A stretch of 64,000 nucleotides of DNA from Thermodesulfobacteriota bacterium (GTDB lineage Bacteria; Desulfobacterota; Desulfomonilia; UBA1062), in NCBI GenBank assembly GCA_036834365.1, contig DAITOA010000001.1:88926-152925 (forward strand), given 5' to 3'. The notes below the pieces were generated by a model that was given only the letters and a program-made list of their open reading frames with translations, was not told the DNA's origin and did no database searches. Each line of letters starts with the position of its first letter. Within the stretch, counting starts at the first letter, position 1. The position numbers and the translations under genes were made by a program. Positions 1-9,171 of the stretch are shown here, piece by piece.

Positions 1-2
1 GA

Positions 3-1430
3 GATGCAGGACCTGAATCCTCGCTGAAAGATCCAGGTACCGTGATATTCGATGAGGATGGGGTCTATGAAGTGGTTTTCCAAGTGATTGATGCAAACGG
101 GGTCGGTCTCAGCGACGGCGTCACCATAATCGTCAGTCCCCACGTGTTTGACCCGCTTCCCCTTGCAGACATAGTATCACCAGCGGTCAATGGGGTCATC
201 ACCCAGAACGCTGCTGTAACGTTTCAGGGAGCAGTGAACGGGGGAGAGGGTCCTTATGGGTATCGCTGGAATTTCGATGGAGCGGCTCCCGACTCCACCA
301 AGAAAGATCCCGGGAGTGTCACCTTTCCCACAACAGGGACATACACCATAACCTATACCGTAACGGATGCGAATGGAAGGACGAGCTCCGATACAGTAAC
401 CCTGGCTGTCAATGCGCCGACAGGGGTGTACTGGGTGGGTGTGGCAGCAGGTGGCGATCACTCCGCAGCCCTCAGATCAGATGGAACGCTCTGGGCATGG
501 GGGGCAAATGACTATGGACAGGTGGGGACAGGGACGACCAGTGACTACAGCACCCCCCAACGCATTGGGAATGCGAATACCTGGTCGGCCGTGGCATTGG
601 GGACGTATCATACCATAGCCTTGAGGTCCGACGGGACGATGTGGGCCTGGGGAGCCAACCATCGTGGCCAGCTAGGCCGGGGCAATGCAGTCCCCTCCCT
701 GACGCCGGTAAGGATTGGATCGGATAAAGACTGGGCTGTGGTGGCCGCCGGGGCATTGCATTCGGCCGCATTGAAACGAGACGGCACGCTCTGGGTGTGG
801 GGGGGCAATTCCTATGGACAAGTGGGTACGGGAGATACGGTCGACCAGACTACACCTCAGGAGATCGGATCCGGTGTGGTATGGGTTGATGTCGCCGCGG
901 GCGGATTCCACACCCTGGCGATGAGATCAGACAGGACGATGTGGGCATGGGGCAAGAACACAAGCGGTCAGCTCGGAACAGGGGGCGTTACGGATTTCAG
1001 TCTCCCGATGCAGATAGCTCTCGATATCGACTGGATGGCCATGGCCGGTGGATACAGCAGTACAGTTGCCCTGAAGACCGACGGAACGTTGTGGGCCTGG
1101 GGAGGGACTCCCCGTCGGATCGGATCTGACAGAGATTGGACATCACCCGTGGCAGCGGGCAGTGCCCATTATCTGGCTCTCAAGCTCGATGGTTCTCTCC
1201 TTACCTGGGGTAGCAACCTGTCAGGACAGCTCGGAACCGGCGACAATCTAACCAGGGCTGCACCTGTGCAGGTTGGCCTGGACAGGAACTGGGCAGGGGT
1301 GGCGGCGGGATATGACCATTCCATGGGCCTGAGATACGACGGTACGATCTGGGCATGGGGCCTGAACACAAGCGGACAGCTCGGCAACGGATCTTTCGCG
1401 AGCACCAATGAGCCGGTTCGGATACCATAG
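3..1430 (+). CDS. PKD-domain plus RCC1-repeat (beta-propeller) protein; 5' end truncated by window edge
   Basis: Reading frame is open back to position 1 (no in-frame stop upstream of the GTG at 42). PKD-like segments 'VVFQVIDANGVGLSDGVTIIV' and 'TYTITYTVTDANGRTSSDTVTL'. At least 7 tandem ~50-aa repeats with the RCC1 signature 'DGT(L/M)WAWG.N..GQLG.G'. Confidence 0.75.
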   Translation, partial: DAGPESSLKDPGTVIFDEDGVYEVVFQVIDANGVGLSDGVTIIVSPHVFDPLPLADIVSPAVNGVITQNAAVTFQGAVNGGEGPYGYRWNFDGAAPDSTKKDPGSVTFPTTGTYTITYTVTDANGRTSSDTVTLAVNAPTGVYWVGVAAGGDHSAALRSDGTLWAWGANDYGQVGTGTTSDYSTPQRIGNANTWSAVALGTYHTIALRSDGTMWAWGANHRGQLGRGNAVPSLTPVRIGSDKDWAVVAAGALHSAALKRDGTLWVWGGNSYGQVGTGDTVDQTTPQEIGSGVVWVDVAAGGFHTLAMRSDRTMWAWGKNTSGQLGTGGVTDFSLPMQIALDIDWMAMAGGYSSTVALKTDGTLWAWGGTPRRIGSDRDWTSPVAAGSAHYLALKLDGSLLTWGSNLSGQLGTGDNLTRAAPVQVGLDRNWAGVAAGYDHSMGLRYDGTIWAWGLNTSGQLGNGSFASTNEPVRIP

Positions 1431-1593
1431 CCTGGGCATGAGGATGCAAGGTCGAACATCGCCAGGGGTGATAATCCGATAGGTTGTTCCGGAAAGTACT
1501 CTTCCGAACTGACGTGTATGCAGCTATGGTTTTGCTCTGATCACCCCTGATGCTTGTGCCGATTACTTCAATCATGTACATTCCCCATCACGT

Positions 1594-3390
1594 ATGAGCC
1601 GGATAAAGATCCTCTCCCCTGAACTCATCAACCAGATCGCTGCAGGCGAGGTCATCGAGCGACCCGCCTCCGTGGTGAAGGAGCTCGTGGAGAATGCCAT
1701 CGATGCAGGGGCAAAGTCCGTATCCATCGAGGTGAAAGGCAACGGGTGCGAGCTCATCCGTGTCAGCGACGACGGTTCGGGCATGGACGGAGCGGAACTC
1801 GAAACCGCCATCCTCAGGCATGCCACGAGCAAGATCGCCGGGGTGGACGATCTCTTCGCCATCAGGACCCTGGGCTTCAGGGGAGAGGCGCTGCCCAGTA
1901 TACTGTCCGTGAGCAGGTCTATGATCGCAACCAGGCAGGCGACCTCCGAACATGGGAACACCATCGACGTTGAGGGCGGAGCGGTGGTGAAACGCTCGAT
2001 GAAGGGCATGCCGCCCGGCACTACCATCGAGGTGTCGGACCTCTTTTACAACACCCCGGCCCGGAGGAAATTCCTCAAGACCGCGGCCACGGAACAGCGC
2101 AATGTCATTGACGTGATTTCCCGCTACGGCCTTGCCTACCCTTCCCTCAGATTCTCCCTGGACATAGACGGGAGGGTGGTTCTGAACCTGCCCGCTCACC
2201 TGAACCAGGAGGATCGGACTACGGCCGTGCTCGGCAGGAAGCTATCGGGCCGTATGATCCCCTTCCGAAGGGAGATGCCGGGGATAATCGTTCATGGACT
2301 TGCTGCACCCCCCGGAGAGGCCAGGCAGAACAGGACGGGCATCCATGTCTTCGTGAACAGGCGCTCCGTCAAGGATGCCATGCTTGGTGCCGCGGTGATC
2401 GAGGGTTACCATGGCATGCTCATGAAAGGCAGGTATCCCCTGGCAGCGCTCTTCGTGGATATCGACCCTGCAGAGGTGGACGTGAATGTCCATCCGTCCA
2501 AGGCCGAGGTGAGGTTCAGACATGCCGGCGCGGTGTTCGGACTGGTGGCATCGGCCGTCAGGGGGGCCTTGGCGCTTGGAACGACCGGACCCGAAGGGAT
2601 TCCGGCCGGTTTGTCCGTCCCATTGCATGCCGCCGACAGCGGGACCGAAGTCCATGCCGGGTATGGGGGCGGCACCCTGTCATCGAGGTCTCTGGATGCG
2701 GGAGAGGTCCTGTCGGTGGTCTACGGGCCCCGGGCTGCGGCCCGTATGCAGACGGGAAATCTCTTCAATGAAGCACTTCCGGAGGGACAGGACGGTTTCT
2801 CCTTTGCCGGACTTTCCGTTGTGGGTATCCTCCATGCGACCTATGTGCTTCTCCAGGACGAGTCGGCCCTGTATATCCTCGATCAGCATGCCGCTCATGA
2901 ACGGATAACCTACGAACGGCTCATGCGTGTCCATGCCTCGGGCAGCCATGCCGGTCAACAGCTCCTGACCCCCATGGTCCTGGAGGTGAGTGCCCAGGAG
3001 TTCAATGCCTTTACCGAGGCTTCAGATGCCATCGGAGAAATCGGGATCCGCTGCGAGCCCTTCGGCGATTCGGCGATAGCGGTCCGTTCGGTGCCCCAGC
3101 CCCTGGCGGACAAGGATATCCGGGAAGCGGTCTACGGTCTCATCCATGCACTCATGGAGGGCGGACATCGAGGAGACAAGGTCGGAGGAGACCGCGCCGG
3201 GGAGATGCTCGCCACTGTGGCATGCCACGCGAGCATACGTGCAGGCAAGGCCCTTACCCTACGAGAGGCGGAGCATCTGCTGGAGTCGCTCGTGGAGGAA
3301 GGATCTCCCCGGACCTGTCCCCACGGCAGACCCCTGTTCCGGAAGATCACGATCCAGGAGATCGAGCGGTGGCTGGGCAGGAGGACCTGA
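1594..3390 (+). CDS. mutL: DNA mismatch repair protein MutL
   Basis: N-terminus 'MSRIKILSPELINQIAAGEVIERPASVVKELVENAIDAGA' is the canonical MutL GHKL ATPase motif. Length 598 aa with C-terminal dimerisation region. Confidence 0.93.
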   Translation: MSRIKILSPELINQIAAGEVIERPASVVKELVENAIDAGAKSVSIEVKGNGCELIRVSDDGSGMDGAELETAILRHATSKIAGVDDLFAIRTLGFRGEALPSILSVSRSMIATRQATSEHGNTIDVEGGAVVKRSMKGMPPGTTIEVSDLFYNTPARRKFLKTAATEQRNVIDVISRYGLAYPSLRFSLDIDGRVVLNLPAHLNQEDRTTAVLGRKLSGRMIPFRREMPGIIVHGLAAPPGEARQNRTGIHVFVNRRSVKDAMLGAAVIEGYHGMLMKGRYPLAALFVDIDPAEVDVNVHPSKAEVRFRHAGAVFGLVASAVRGALALGTTGPEGIPAGLSVPLHAADSGTEVHAGYGGGTLSSRSLDAGEVLSVVYGPRAAARMQTGNLFNEALPEGQDGFSFAGLSVVGILHATYVLLQDESALYILDQHAAHERITYERLMRVHASGSHAGQQLLTPMVLEVSAQEFNAFTEASDAIGEIGIRCEPFGDSAIAVRSVPQPLADKDIREAVYGLIHALMEGGHRGDKVGGDRAGEMLATVACHASIRAGKALTLREAEHLLESLVEEGSPRTCPHGRPLFRKITIQEIERWLGRRT

Positions 3391-4304
3391 TCGTCATAAC
3401 CGGCCCCACCTGTTCGGGCAAGACCGGTCTGGTCCTGCGCCTTGCCCTGGACCACCCCATCGAGGTGATATCCGCCGATTCCATGCAGGTCTATCGGCAC
3501 ATGGACATAGCAACGGCAAAACCCACGGCCCGGGACCTCTCCATAGCGGTTCACCACATCATCGACGTGGTGAACCCTGACCAAGAGTTCCAGGCAGCCA
3601 TGTTCGTCTCCATGGCCCGGGAGAAGATAGCGGAGGTCAGGGCCAGGGGCGGGATACCTGTGGTGGTCGGCGGGACCGGGCTCTACATCAAGGCCCTCGT
3701 CCATGGCCTTGCCCCTGCGCCGGGACGATCCGAGGAGATCAGGAAGGTTCTGCGGAACCTGATTGCCAGAAGGGGGATGGATCATCTCGAGCGCATGCTC
3801 CTCAGGCTGGACCCGGAGGCTGCGGAAGGTATACGGAAAAATGATGCGATACGCACCGTACGTTCCCTGGAGATCATCCTACTGAGCGGACAAAAAGCGA
3901 GTGCAATCCTTGCCGGGCATGGATTCCGGCAGCGACGTTACGAAGCCCTGACCGCGTGCATCATGCCGGACAGGGAGCGGCTCTTTCCTGATATCGACCG
4001 GCGGACCGCGAGAATGGTAGACGACGGGCTTCTGGAAGAGACCGCAAGGATACTTTCCCTGGGTTACGGTCCGGAACTGCGTTCCATGCAGACCCTTGCC
4101 TACAAGCACGTCATCAGTCACTTCAGATCCGCAATCGACCTTGATGAGTGCATACGCCTGATACAGAGGGACACCAGGCGATTCGCCAAACGTCAGATTA
4201 CCTGGATGAAGGGGCGGCCCGATCAGACGTTCTTCCCATCGGCAGACACCGCATACGAAACGGTCTCGATGTGGCTGGAGCGAACGGGGCGGAAATGGGT
4301 GTAA
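3369..4304 (+). CDS. miaA: tRNA dimethylallyltransferase MiaA
   Basis: P-loop 'ITGPTCSGKTGL' followed by 'ISADSMQVYRHMDIATAKPT', which matches the MiaA family. Start placed at the in-frame GTG at 3369 overlapping the mutL stop; the track ORF from 3222 is an upstream extension. Confidence 0.85.
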   Translation: MAGQEDLIVITGPTCSGKTGLVLRLALDHPIEVISADSMQVYRHMDIATAKPTARDLSIAVHHIIDVVNPDQEFQAAMFVSMAREKIAEVRARGGIPVVVGGTGLYIKALVHGLAPAPGRSEEIRKVLRNLIARRGMDHLERMLLRLDPEAAEGIRKNDAIRTVRSLEIILLSGQKASAILAGHGFRQRRYEALTACIMPDRERLFPDIDRRTARMVDDGLLEETARILSLGYGPELRSMQTLAYKHVISHFRSAIDLDECIRLIQRDTRRFAKRQITWMKGRPDQTFFPSADTAYETVSMWLERTGRKWV

Positions 4305-4483
4305 GGGTTTCACCCAAGGGTAAATGTTTCTACCCTCTTCATCGGCCTTGTGCTAAGGGAAAAACGGAATTTTCAGTGCCATGGACTTTCCCAAGACAAG
4401 CCCATCGTCCTGACGAGGTAGGAGAGAAGAATCAACCGTCTTATACCCGTTTGAGAACGTTGAATGATGAGCAACGGTAAAGG

Positions 4484-5260
4484 ATGCAACCTGTGCGGTA
4501 CACATCAAGGAGATACCTCGAGAAGCTGATCCGGCGGAAGGCCGGGCAGGCCATCCACGACTACCGGATGATCGGGGAAGGAGACAGGGTCCTCGTGGCC
4601 GTCTCCGGCGGCAAGGATTCCATCGTCATGATGAAGATTCTCGCGGCGCTGAGGAAGGCCGCACCGGTACACTACGAACTCATCCCCGTGCATATCAAGA
4701 CCGGGTTCGAGAAGGACTTCGAGCGGATCTCCGCATGGGTGAGGGAATCGCTCGGATACGAGACCCTTGTCCATGACGGCGAGATCGCACAGATCATGGA
4801 CATTGCGGCCGATCCGGACAAGAGCCCCTGCGCCCTGTGTTCGCGCCTGCGGAGGGGAAAACTCTACGGCCTGGCCGAGGAGATGGGGGCAGCTTCCGTG
4901 GCGCTGGGCCACCACATGGACGACATCATCGAGACCTTCTTCCTGCGGAGCTTCTACACCGGACAGCTCGGGGCAATGGCGCCGGCCAGGGTGACCGACG
5001 ACGGGAAGAACCGCATCATCAGGCCCCTGGCCTACTGCACCAGGGACCTCATCGAGGCCTACTTTCCGTACCTCGAGGTCGAACCCGTGGTCATAGCATG
5101 CCCCATCCGGAAGGACAGCAAGCGTGAGCTCATCCGGGACTATATCAAACGCCTCGAACGTGATATACCATGCATGAAACACTCGATCTTTGCCTCCCTG
5201 GGCAACATCGACACCAAGAGCCTGTGTTTGAAGGAGAATACCCATGCGGATCCAGATTGA
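4484..5260 (+). CDS. ttcA: tRNA-cytidine(32) 2-sulfurtransferase TtcA (PP-loop ATPase)
   Basis: 'YLEKLIRRKAGQAIHDYRMIGEGDRVLVAVSGGKDS' (PP-loop SGGKDS) plus a 'CALCSRLRRG' cysteine motif, closely resembling E. coli TtcA. Confidence 0.85.
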   Translation: MQPVRYTSRRYLEKLIRRKAGQAIHDYRMIGEGDRVLVAVSGGKDSIVMMKILAALRKAAPVHYELIPVHIKTGFEKDFERISAWVRESLGYETLVHDGEIAQIMDIAADPDKSPCALCSRLRRGKLYGLAEEMGAASVALGHHMDDIIETFFLRSFYTGQLGAMAPARVTDDGKNRIIRPLAYCTRDLIEAYFPYLEVEPVVIACPIRKDSKRELIRDYIKRLERDIPCMKHSIFASLGNIDTKSLCLKENTHADPD

Positions 5261-5852
5261 TCCGATGAGGCCGAAACCACGCACCACCCAGCATGTCGCG
5301 GACATCCTGAAGGACGGCGGCATCATCGTATACCCCACGGACACGGTCTATGCCCTGGGATGCATGGTCAGCAACAAGCACGGACTGGAGAGGATCAGCC
5401 AGATCAAGGCGTCCATGAAGCCCAAGAGCATCATCTTCGCCGAGATCAAAGACATCAGCGAGTACGCCAAGGTGGGGAACGAGGCATACCGGCTCATGCG
5501 TGTGCTCTTCCCCGGCCCGTACACGTTGATCCTGCCCGCCACCCGGCTCGTTCCGCGCCTGCTCCAGTCGAAGCGGAAATCCATCGGGGTGAGGATTCCC
5601 GACCACTGGTTCTGCCATGCCCTGGTGGAGCAGGTCGGTGAACCCATCATCACCACGAGCGTCCCGATGACCGATGAGCGGATACACATAGACCCCATCG
5701 AGATAGAGGCCCATCTCGGGAACCGGGTGGATGCCATCGTGGACAGCGGCATACTGCCTGACATACCGTCCACCGTCATCTCGCTGGAAACCGATTCGCC
5801 CGAGATCGTCCGGTACGGGCTCGGCCCCACAGAGCTCATCGAGGCAGCCTAG
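5244..5852 (+). CDS. tsaC: L-threonylcarbamoyladenylate synthase (YrdC/TsaC type)
   Basis: 'GGIIVYPTDTVYALGC' YrdC signature. About 200 aa, with no Sua5 C-terminal domain. Confidence 0.8.
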   Translation: MRIQIDPMRPKPRTTQHVADILKDGGIIVYPTDTVYALGCMVSNKHGLERISQIKASMKPKSIIFAEIKDISEYAKVGNEAYRLMRVLFPGPYTLILPATRLVPRLLQSKRKSIGVRIPDHWFCHALVEQVGEPIITTSVPMTDERIHIDPIEIEAHLGNRVDAIVDSGILPDIPSTVISLETDSPEIVRYGLGPTELIEAA

Positions 5853-5863
5853 AGGTTCCTCTC

Positions 5864-7321
5864 ATGAAGAAGATGCTCATCAATGCCGTCCATCCTGAAG
5901 AGATCAGGGTTGCCGTTGTCGACGAAGGGGTGCTTACCGAATATCATATGGAGAGCGCCCTGAAGGAACAGCTCAGGGGAAACGTCTACAAGGCGCGTAT
6001 ATCCAAGGTGGAACACAGTCTGAATGCCGCATTCGTCGACTATGGTCGTGAAAAACACGGGCTGTTGCCCGCAGGCGACATCAACCCCGCCGTTGTCCCG
6101 GATGTAAAGAACGGGAGCCCTGTCATGCAGTCCCTGCGCAAGGGCATGGAGATCCTCGTGCAGGTGGTCCGCGAGGAAAAAGGGGCTAAGGGGGCGCTGC
6201 TCACCACCGAGATATCCCTGCCCGGACGGTTCCTCGTACTGCTGCCGCAACAGGACATGGCAGGGGTATCGCGTAAGATCGAAGACGAGAAGCAGCGTAA
6301 GCGTCTCCGTGAAATCATCGACCAGATCAAACCGCCCGAGGGCATGGGGATTATCGTGCGGACCGCTGGCATGGACAAGACCAAGACCGAGCTCGCCAAG
6401 GACATGACCTATCTTCTCAGGTTGTGGAAGAGCATCCAGGACCAGTTCAAGAAGACCGATTGCCCGAACATCATCTACAAGGAAGGCGACATCATCATAC
6501 GCACCATCCGGGACTACCTCACCACCGACACCACCGAAATCCTCATCGATGATGACGAAACGGTGAAGCGGGCCGCAACCTTCATGAAGACCTTCATGCC
6601 CAAGCAGAAGGACATCATCAAGACCTACAGGCAGAACAAGCCGCTGTTCACCAAATTCGAGCTGGAACAGCAGATCGAGGGCATCTACGACAAGAAGGTG
6701 AAGCTCAGGTCCGGAGGATCCATCATCATCGAGCCCACCGAGGCCATGGTGGTCATCGACGTGAACTCCGGACAGTCCACCAATACCAAGTCCATTGAGG
6801 CGACCGCATTTGAAACCAACCGGGAGGCAGCCGCTGAGATCGCTCGGCAACTGGTTCTGAGGGACCTGGGTGGCCTCATCGCCATCGACTTCATCGACAT
6901 GCGGTCCAAGGAAAACATCCGCGGTGTGGAAAAGGCCCTTCGCGAAGGTTTGAAGAACGACCGGGCCCACGTGGTCATCGGGAAGATCTCCAAGTTCGGG
7001 ATCATGGAGCTGTCCCGCGAGCGGCTCTCGCCGCCGCTTGTTGAGAAGAGCCATGTGCAGTGCCCTCTCTGCGAGGGGTTCGGCCTGATTCGATCCGTGG
7101 AGTCGGCTGCGTTCATGGCCCTTCGGGAGATACAGCTCTACCTGACGAGAAACAATACCTCAAGGATAAAGGTGAGCATGACGAGGGACGTGGGCCTCTA
7201 CGTTCTCAATCAGCAGAAGCGTCACCTCATGCGGCTCGAGCAGGATTTCAATACCGAGATCTTGATCTCTACGGTACATACCCTGAAGGTTGGGCAGATA
7301 CGGATCGAAGCAGCAGAGTAA
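5864..7321 (+). CDS. rng: Ribonuclease G/E family endoribonuclease (RNase G size)
   Basis: 485 aa. N-terminal S1 domain 'MKKMLINAVHPEEIRVAVVDEGVLTEYHMESA..GNVYKARISKVEHSLNAAFVDYG' and a catalytic RNase E/G core. Confidence 0.85.
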   Translation: MKKMLINAVHPEEIRVAVVDEGVLTEYHMESALKEQLRGNVYKARISKVEHSLNAAFVDYGREKHGLLPAGDINPAVVPDVKNGSPVMQSLRKGMEILVQVVREEKGAKGALLTTEISLPGRFLVLLPQQDMAGVSRKIEDEKQRKRLREIIDQIKPPEGMGIIVRTAGMDKTKTELAKDMTYLLRLWKSIQDQFKKTDCPNIIYKEGDIIIRTIRDYLTTDTTEILIDDDETVKRAATFMKTFMPKQKDIIKTYRQNKPLFTKFELEQQIEGIYDKKVKLRSGGSIIIEPTEAMVVIDVNSGQSTNTKSIEATAFETNREAAAEIARQLVLRDLGGLIAIDFIDMRSKENIRGVEKALREGLKNDRAHVVIGKISKFGIMELSRERLSPPLVEKSHVQCPLCEGFGLIRSVESAAFMALREIQLYLTRNNTSRIKVSMTRDVGLYVLNQQKRHLMRLEQDFNTEILISTVHTLKVGQIRIEAAE

Positions 7322-7328
7322 AAGAAGG

Positions 7329-8528
7329 CTACGGTCTTCTTTTATTCAGGTGGGATTCGGACAACCTGAGAAATGCATGGAACGCATTCCTCTCGTCATG
7401 GAAGTCCCTTATCGTGATACATGTCTGCAGGAGCGCCCAGGCACCATAAACCCATAGGATCTCATCCCGGATATCAGGGACAAGGAACTGTGTGAGCCAC
7501 AGCATGAACAGTGCCGCAGCCTCGATGAACCGGAAATCCATACGCACGAGGAATAGAAACCCAAGGTATGATTGAACGATGGTGAGCAGTATTTCCAGTT
7601 TCTGGTGGTCATCGAATACGACGGGTGCCACCGAACCGAGGCTGAAGGAATATACGAAGGGTATCGTGGCAACGAGGATCGTCCACTGATTTATGGATGA
7701 GGAAACGAAGTTGACCAGGGCCATAGGGGCCTTCTTGACCGTTCGCGCCCAGTGAAAGGCGGACAGTTTTTCGGGGAATTCACTCAGGAAAGGTGCCACC
7801 CACTGGACGAAGACAAAATGAGAGATCCCGATGGATGTAGCCAGGGCAAGCATCGAATTCAGGAACGGATGAGCAGAGTAGTAGATAACGATGGCGCCGA
7901 TGACGAAGAATCCAACAATCCAGACGATATTGAAGGGGTAGGATCTCCTCATCACGTATTTTGGTATACGCCCGAGGTCCTCGATCTCTTCGCGGTCCTG
8001 GGGCGGCATTTTTGACAAAAGGTACAGGTACAGGAAGTATATGGCAGCCAAAACAAACCCGTCAAAAATGTTCAGCGATCCCTTGACATAGATGACCAGA
8101 AAGTAGGCCAGTGCAGGCAGCAGGGAAAGAACCGCTATCGAATGTTCGTCGTCCAGTTCGATGACGAATCTCCCGGTCTTCTTGTTTCCGGCCGATCTTC
8201 TGAAGAACAGGGCCACGAAGTACACCATGGGCCATCCAAGTCCCACGAACAACCGGAGAGATCCTGTATAATTGGCGGTAATGAGGTGGACCTTGGCCGG
8301 ATCCTTTGCTGCCTCAAAGGCAATGACCGCCTCGATTGCAAATTCCGGGAGCGTCTGGATCCAGGCGAGCACGGCCAGGGCAAGCCCCTGGGAGATGTAG
8401 AACTGACCGCATTCGGCGGCCCATGCAATGAGCATGGCCGCCAGCACGATGGCAGGAAAGGTCCATAACGCGGCGTATGGGTCCACATCAGTCTCGCTTG
8501 TAAGGGGTATCCAGACGCGCCATACCAC
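7329..8528 (-). CDS. Polytopic membrane protein, possibly CaCA (Na+/Ca2+ exchanger-like) family
   Basis: 399 aa and highly hydrophobic. Two internal repeats carry 'LPEFAIE' and 'FLSEFPEK' motifs resembling the alpha-repeats of cation/Ca2+ exchangers. The family assignment is tentative. Confidence 0.4.
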   Translation of the reverse strand: MVWRVWIPLTSETDVDPYAALWTFPAIVLAAMLIAWAAECGQFYISQGLALAVLAWIQTLPEFAIEAVIAFEAAKDPAKVHLITANYTGSLRLFVGLGWPMVYFVALFFRRSAGNKKTGRFVIELDDEHSIAVLSLLPALAYFLVIYVKGSLNIFDGFVLAAIYFLYLYLLSKMPPQDREEIEDLGRIPKYVMRRSYPFNIVWIVGFFVIGAIVIYYSAHPFLNSMLALATSIGISHFVFVQWVAPFLSEFPEKLSAFHWARTVKKAPMALVNFVSSSINQWTILVATIPFVYSFSLGSVAPVVFDDHQKLEILLTIVQSYLGFLFLVRMDFRFIEAAALFMLWLTQFLVPDIRDEILWVYGAWALLQTCITIRDFHDERNAFHAFLRLSESHLNKRRP

Positions 8529-8598
8529 AGTCGGGTGGTCGAGTCCACCGGGATGGAGATCATACGGGAATGTGTCGGGGTATAGAAAAGTGAAGAGA

Positions 8599-8673
8599 TG
8601 GTGGGCCGCATAGGATTTGAACCTATGACTTCTACCGTGTGAAGGTAGCGCTCTCCCCCTGAGCTAGCGGCCC
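8599..8673 (-). tRNA. tRNA-Val (anticodon CAC)
   Basis: Reverse complement reads GGGCCGC TAGCTCAGGGGGAGAGCGCTACCTTCACACGGTAGAAGTCATAGGTTCAAATCCTATGCGGCCCACCA. The acceptor stem is a perfect 7 bp (GGGCCGC/GCGGCCC), the anticodon loop is TTCACAC, the T-arm is GGTTCAAATCC, and the 3' CCA is encoded. Confidence 0.95.
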
Positions 8674-8688
8674 GAGCCAATGGGCAAA

Positions 8689-8717
8689 TCTATACAATCC
8701 GACCCCAGAGGTGTCAA
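8689..8717 (-). promoter_or_regulatory. Sigma70-type promoter for tRNA-Val (-35 TTGACA, 17-bp spacer, -10 TATAGA)
   Basis: Minus strand reads TTGACAcctctggggtcggattgTATAGAtttgccc, ending about 15 nt upstream of the mature tRNA 5' end. Confidence 0.6.
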
Positions 8718-9031
8718 GCGGAATATCCCCGGAAGCTGGCGAGGATGTTGCATATTTATTCCAGAGGTGGCGGTCAATGACAGGACGGAAAAGCCAGGCT
8801 TACGGGTCTTCACGAATCAGGGTCTTTTCCCTGGCCTTCGTCTTCGTATTCCTCATCATGATATGGAACGTCCATACTGTCGAGCACAAGAGCCTTTCCT
8901 TGATGCTTGGAGCACTCGCCGACATCCTGTTCAGCGAGAAAACCCTGAAATTCGGAGGCCTTCTGATGTACGGCGTGGTCGCCCTCATCGTGTGCGGGAT
9001 CATGTGCTGCCTGGTGAACGATTTGGAGTGA
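8711..9031 (+). CDS. Hypothetical small membrane protein (two predicted TM helices)
   Basis: 106-aa ORF divergent from the tRNA, with hydrophobic segments 'VFSLAFVFVFLIMIW' and 'LLMYGVVALIVCGIMCCLV'. There is no recognisable family and it may be spurious. Confidence 0.25.
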   Translation: MSSGISPEAGEDVAYLFQRWRSMTGRKSQAYGSSRIRVFSLAFVFVFLIMIWNVHTVEHKSLSLMLGALADILFSEKTLKFGGLLMYGVVALIVCGIMCCLVNDLE

Positions 9032-9171
9032 CCGGTCAAGGACTTCAACGAGACACGGCTTGCCTTTTCAGCGGATTCGACCCCCTACCCTGAGGGTCTT
9101 CCGATCCTCGATCATGAAGCAGACACATTTGTAACCAGGCAGGGACAGAACCGTATCGAATTCCCCGTTTG

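Noticed and set aside
3222-3368. Upstream extension of miaA given by the ORF track (start at 3222)
   Set aside because: The extension lies entirely within the mutL coding region and encodes an Arg/Pro/Gly-rich sequence. The conserved MiaA N-terminus (LIVITGPTCSGKT) begins right after the in-frame GTG at 3369, so the shorter start is preferred.
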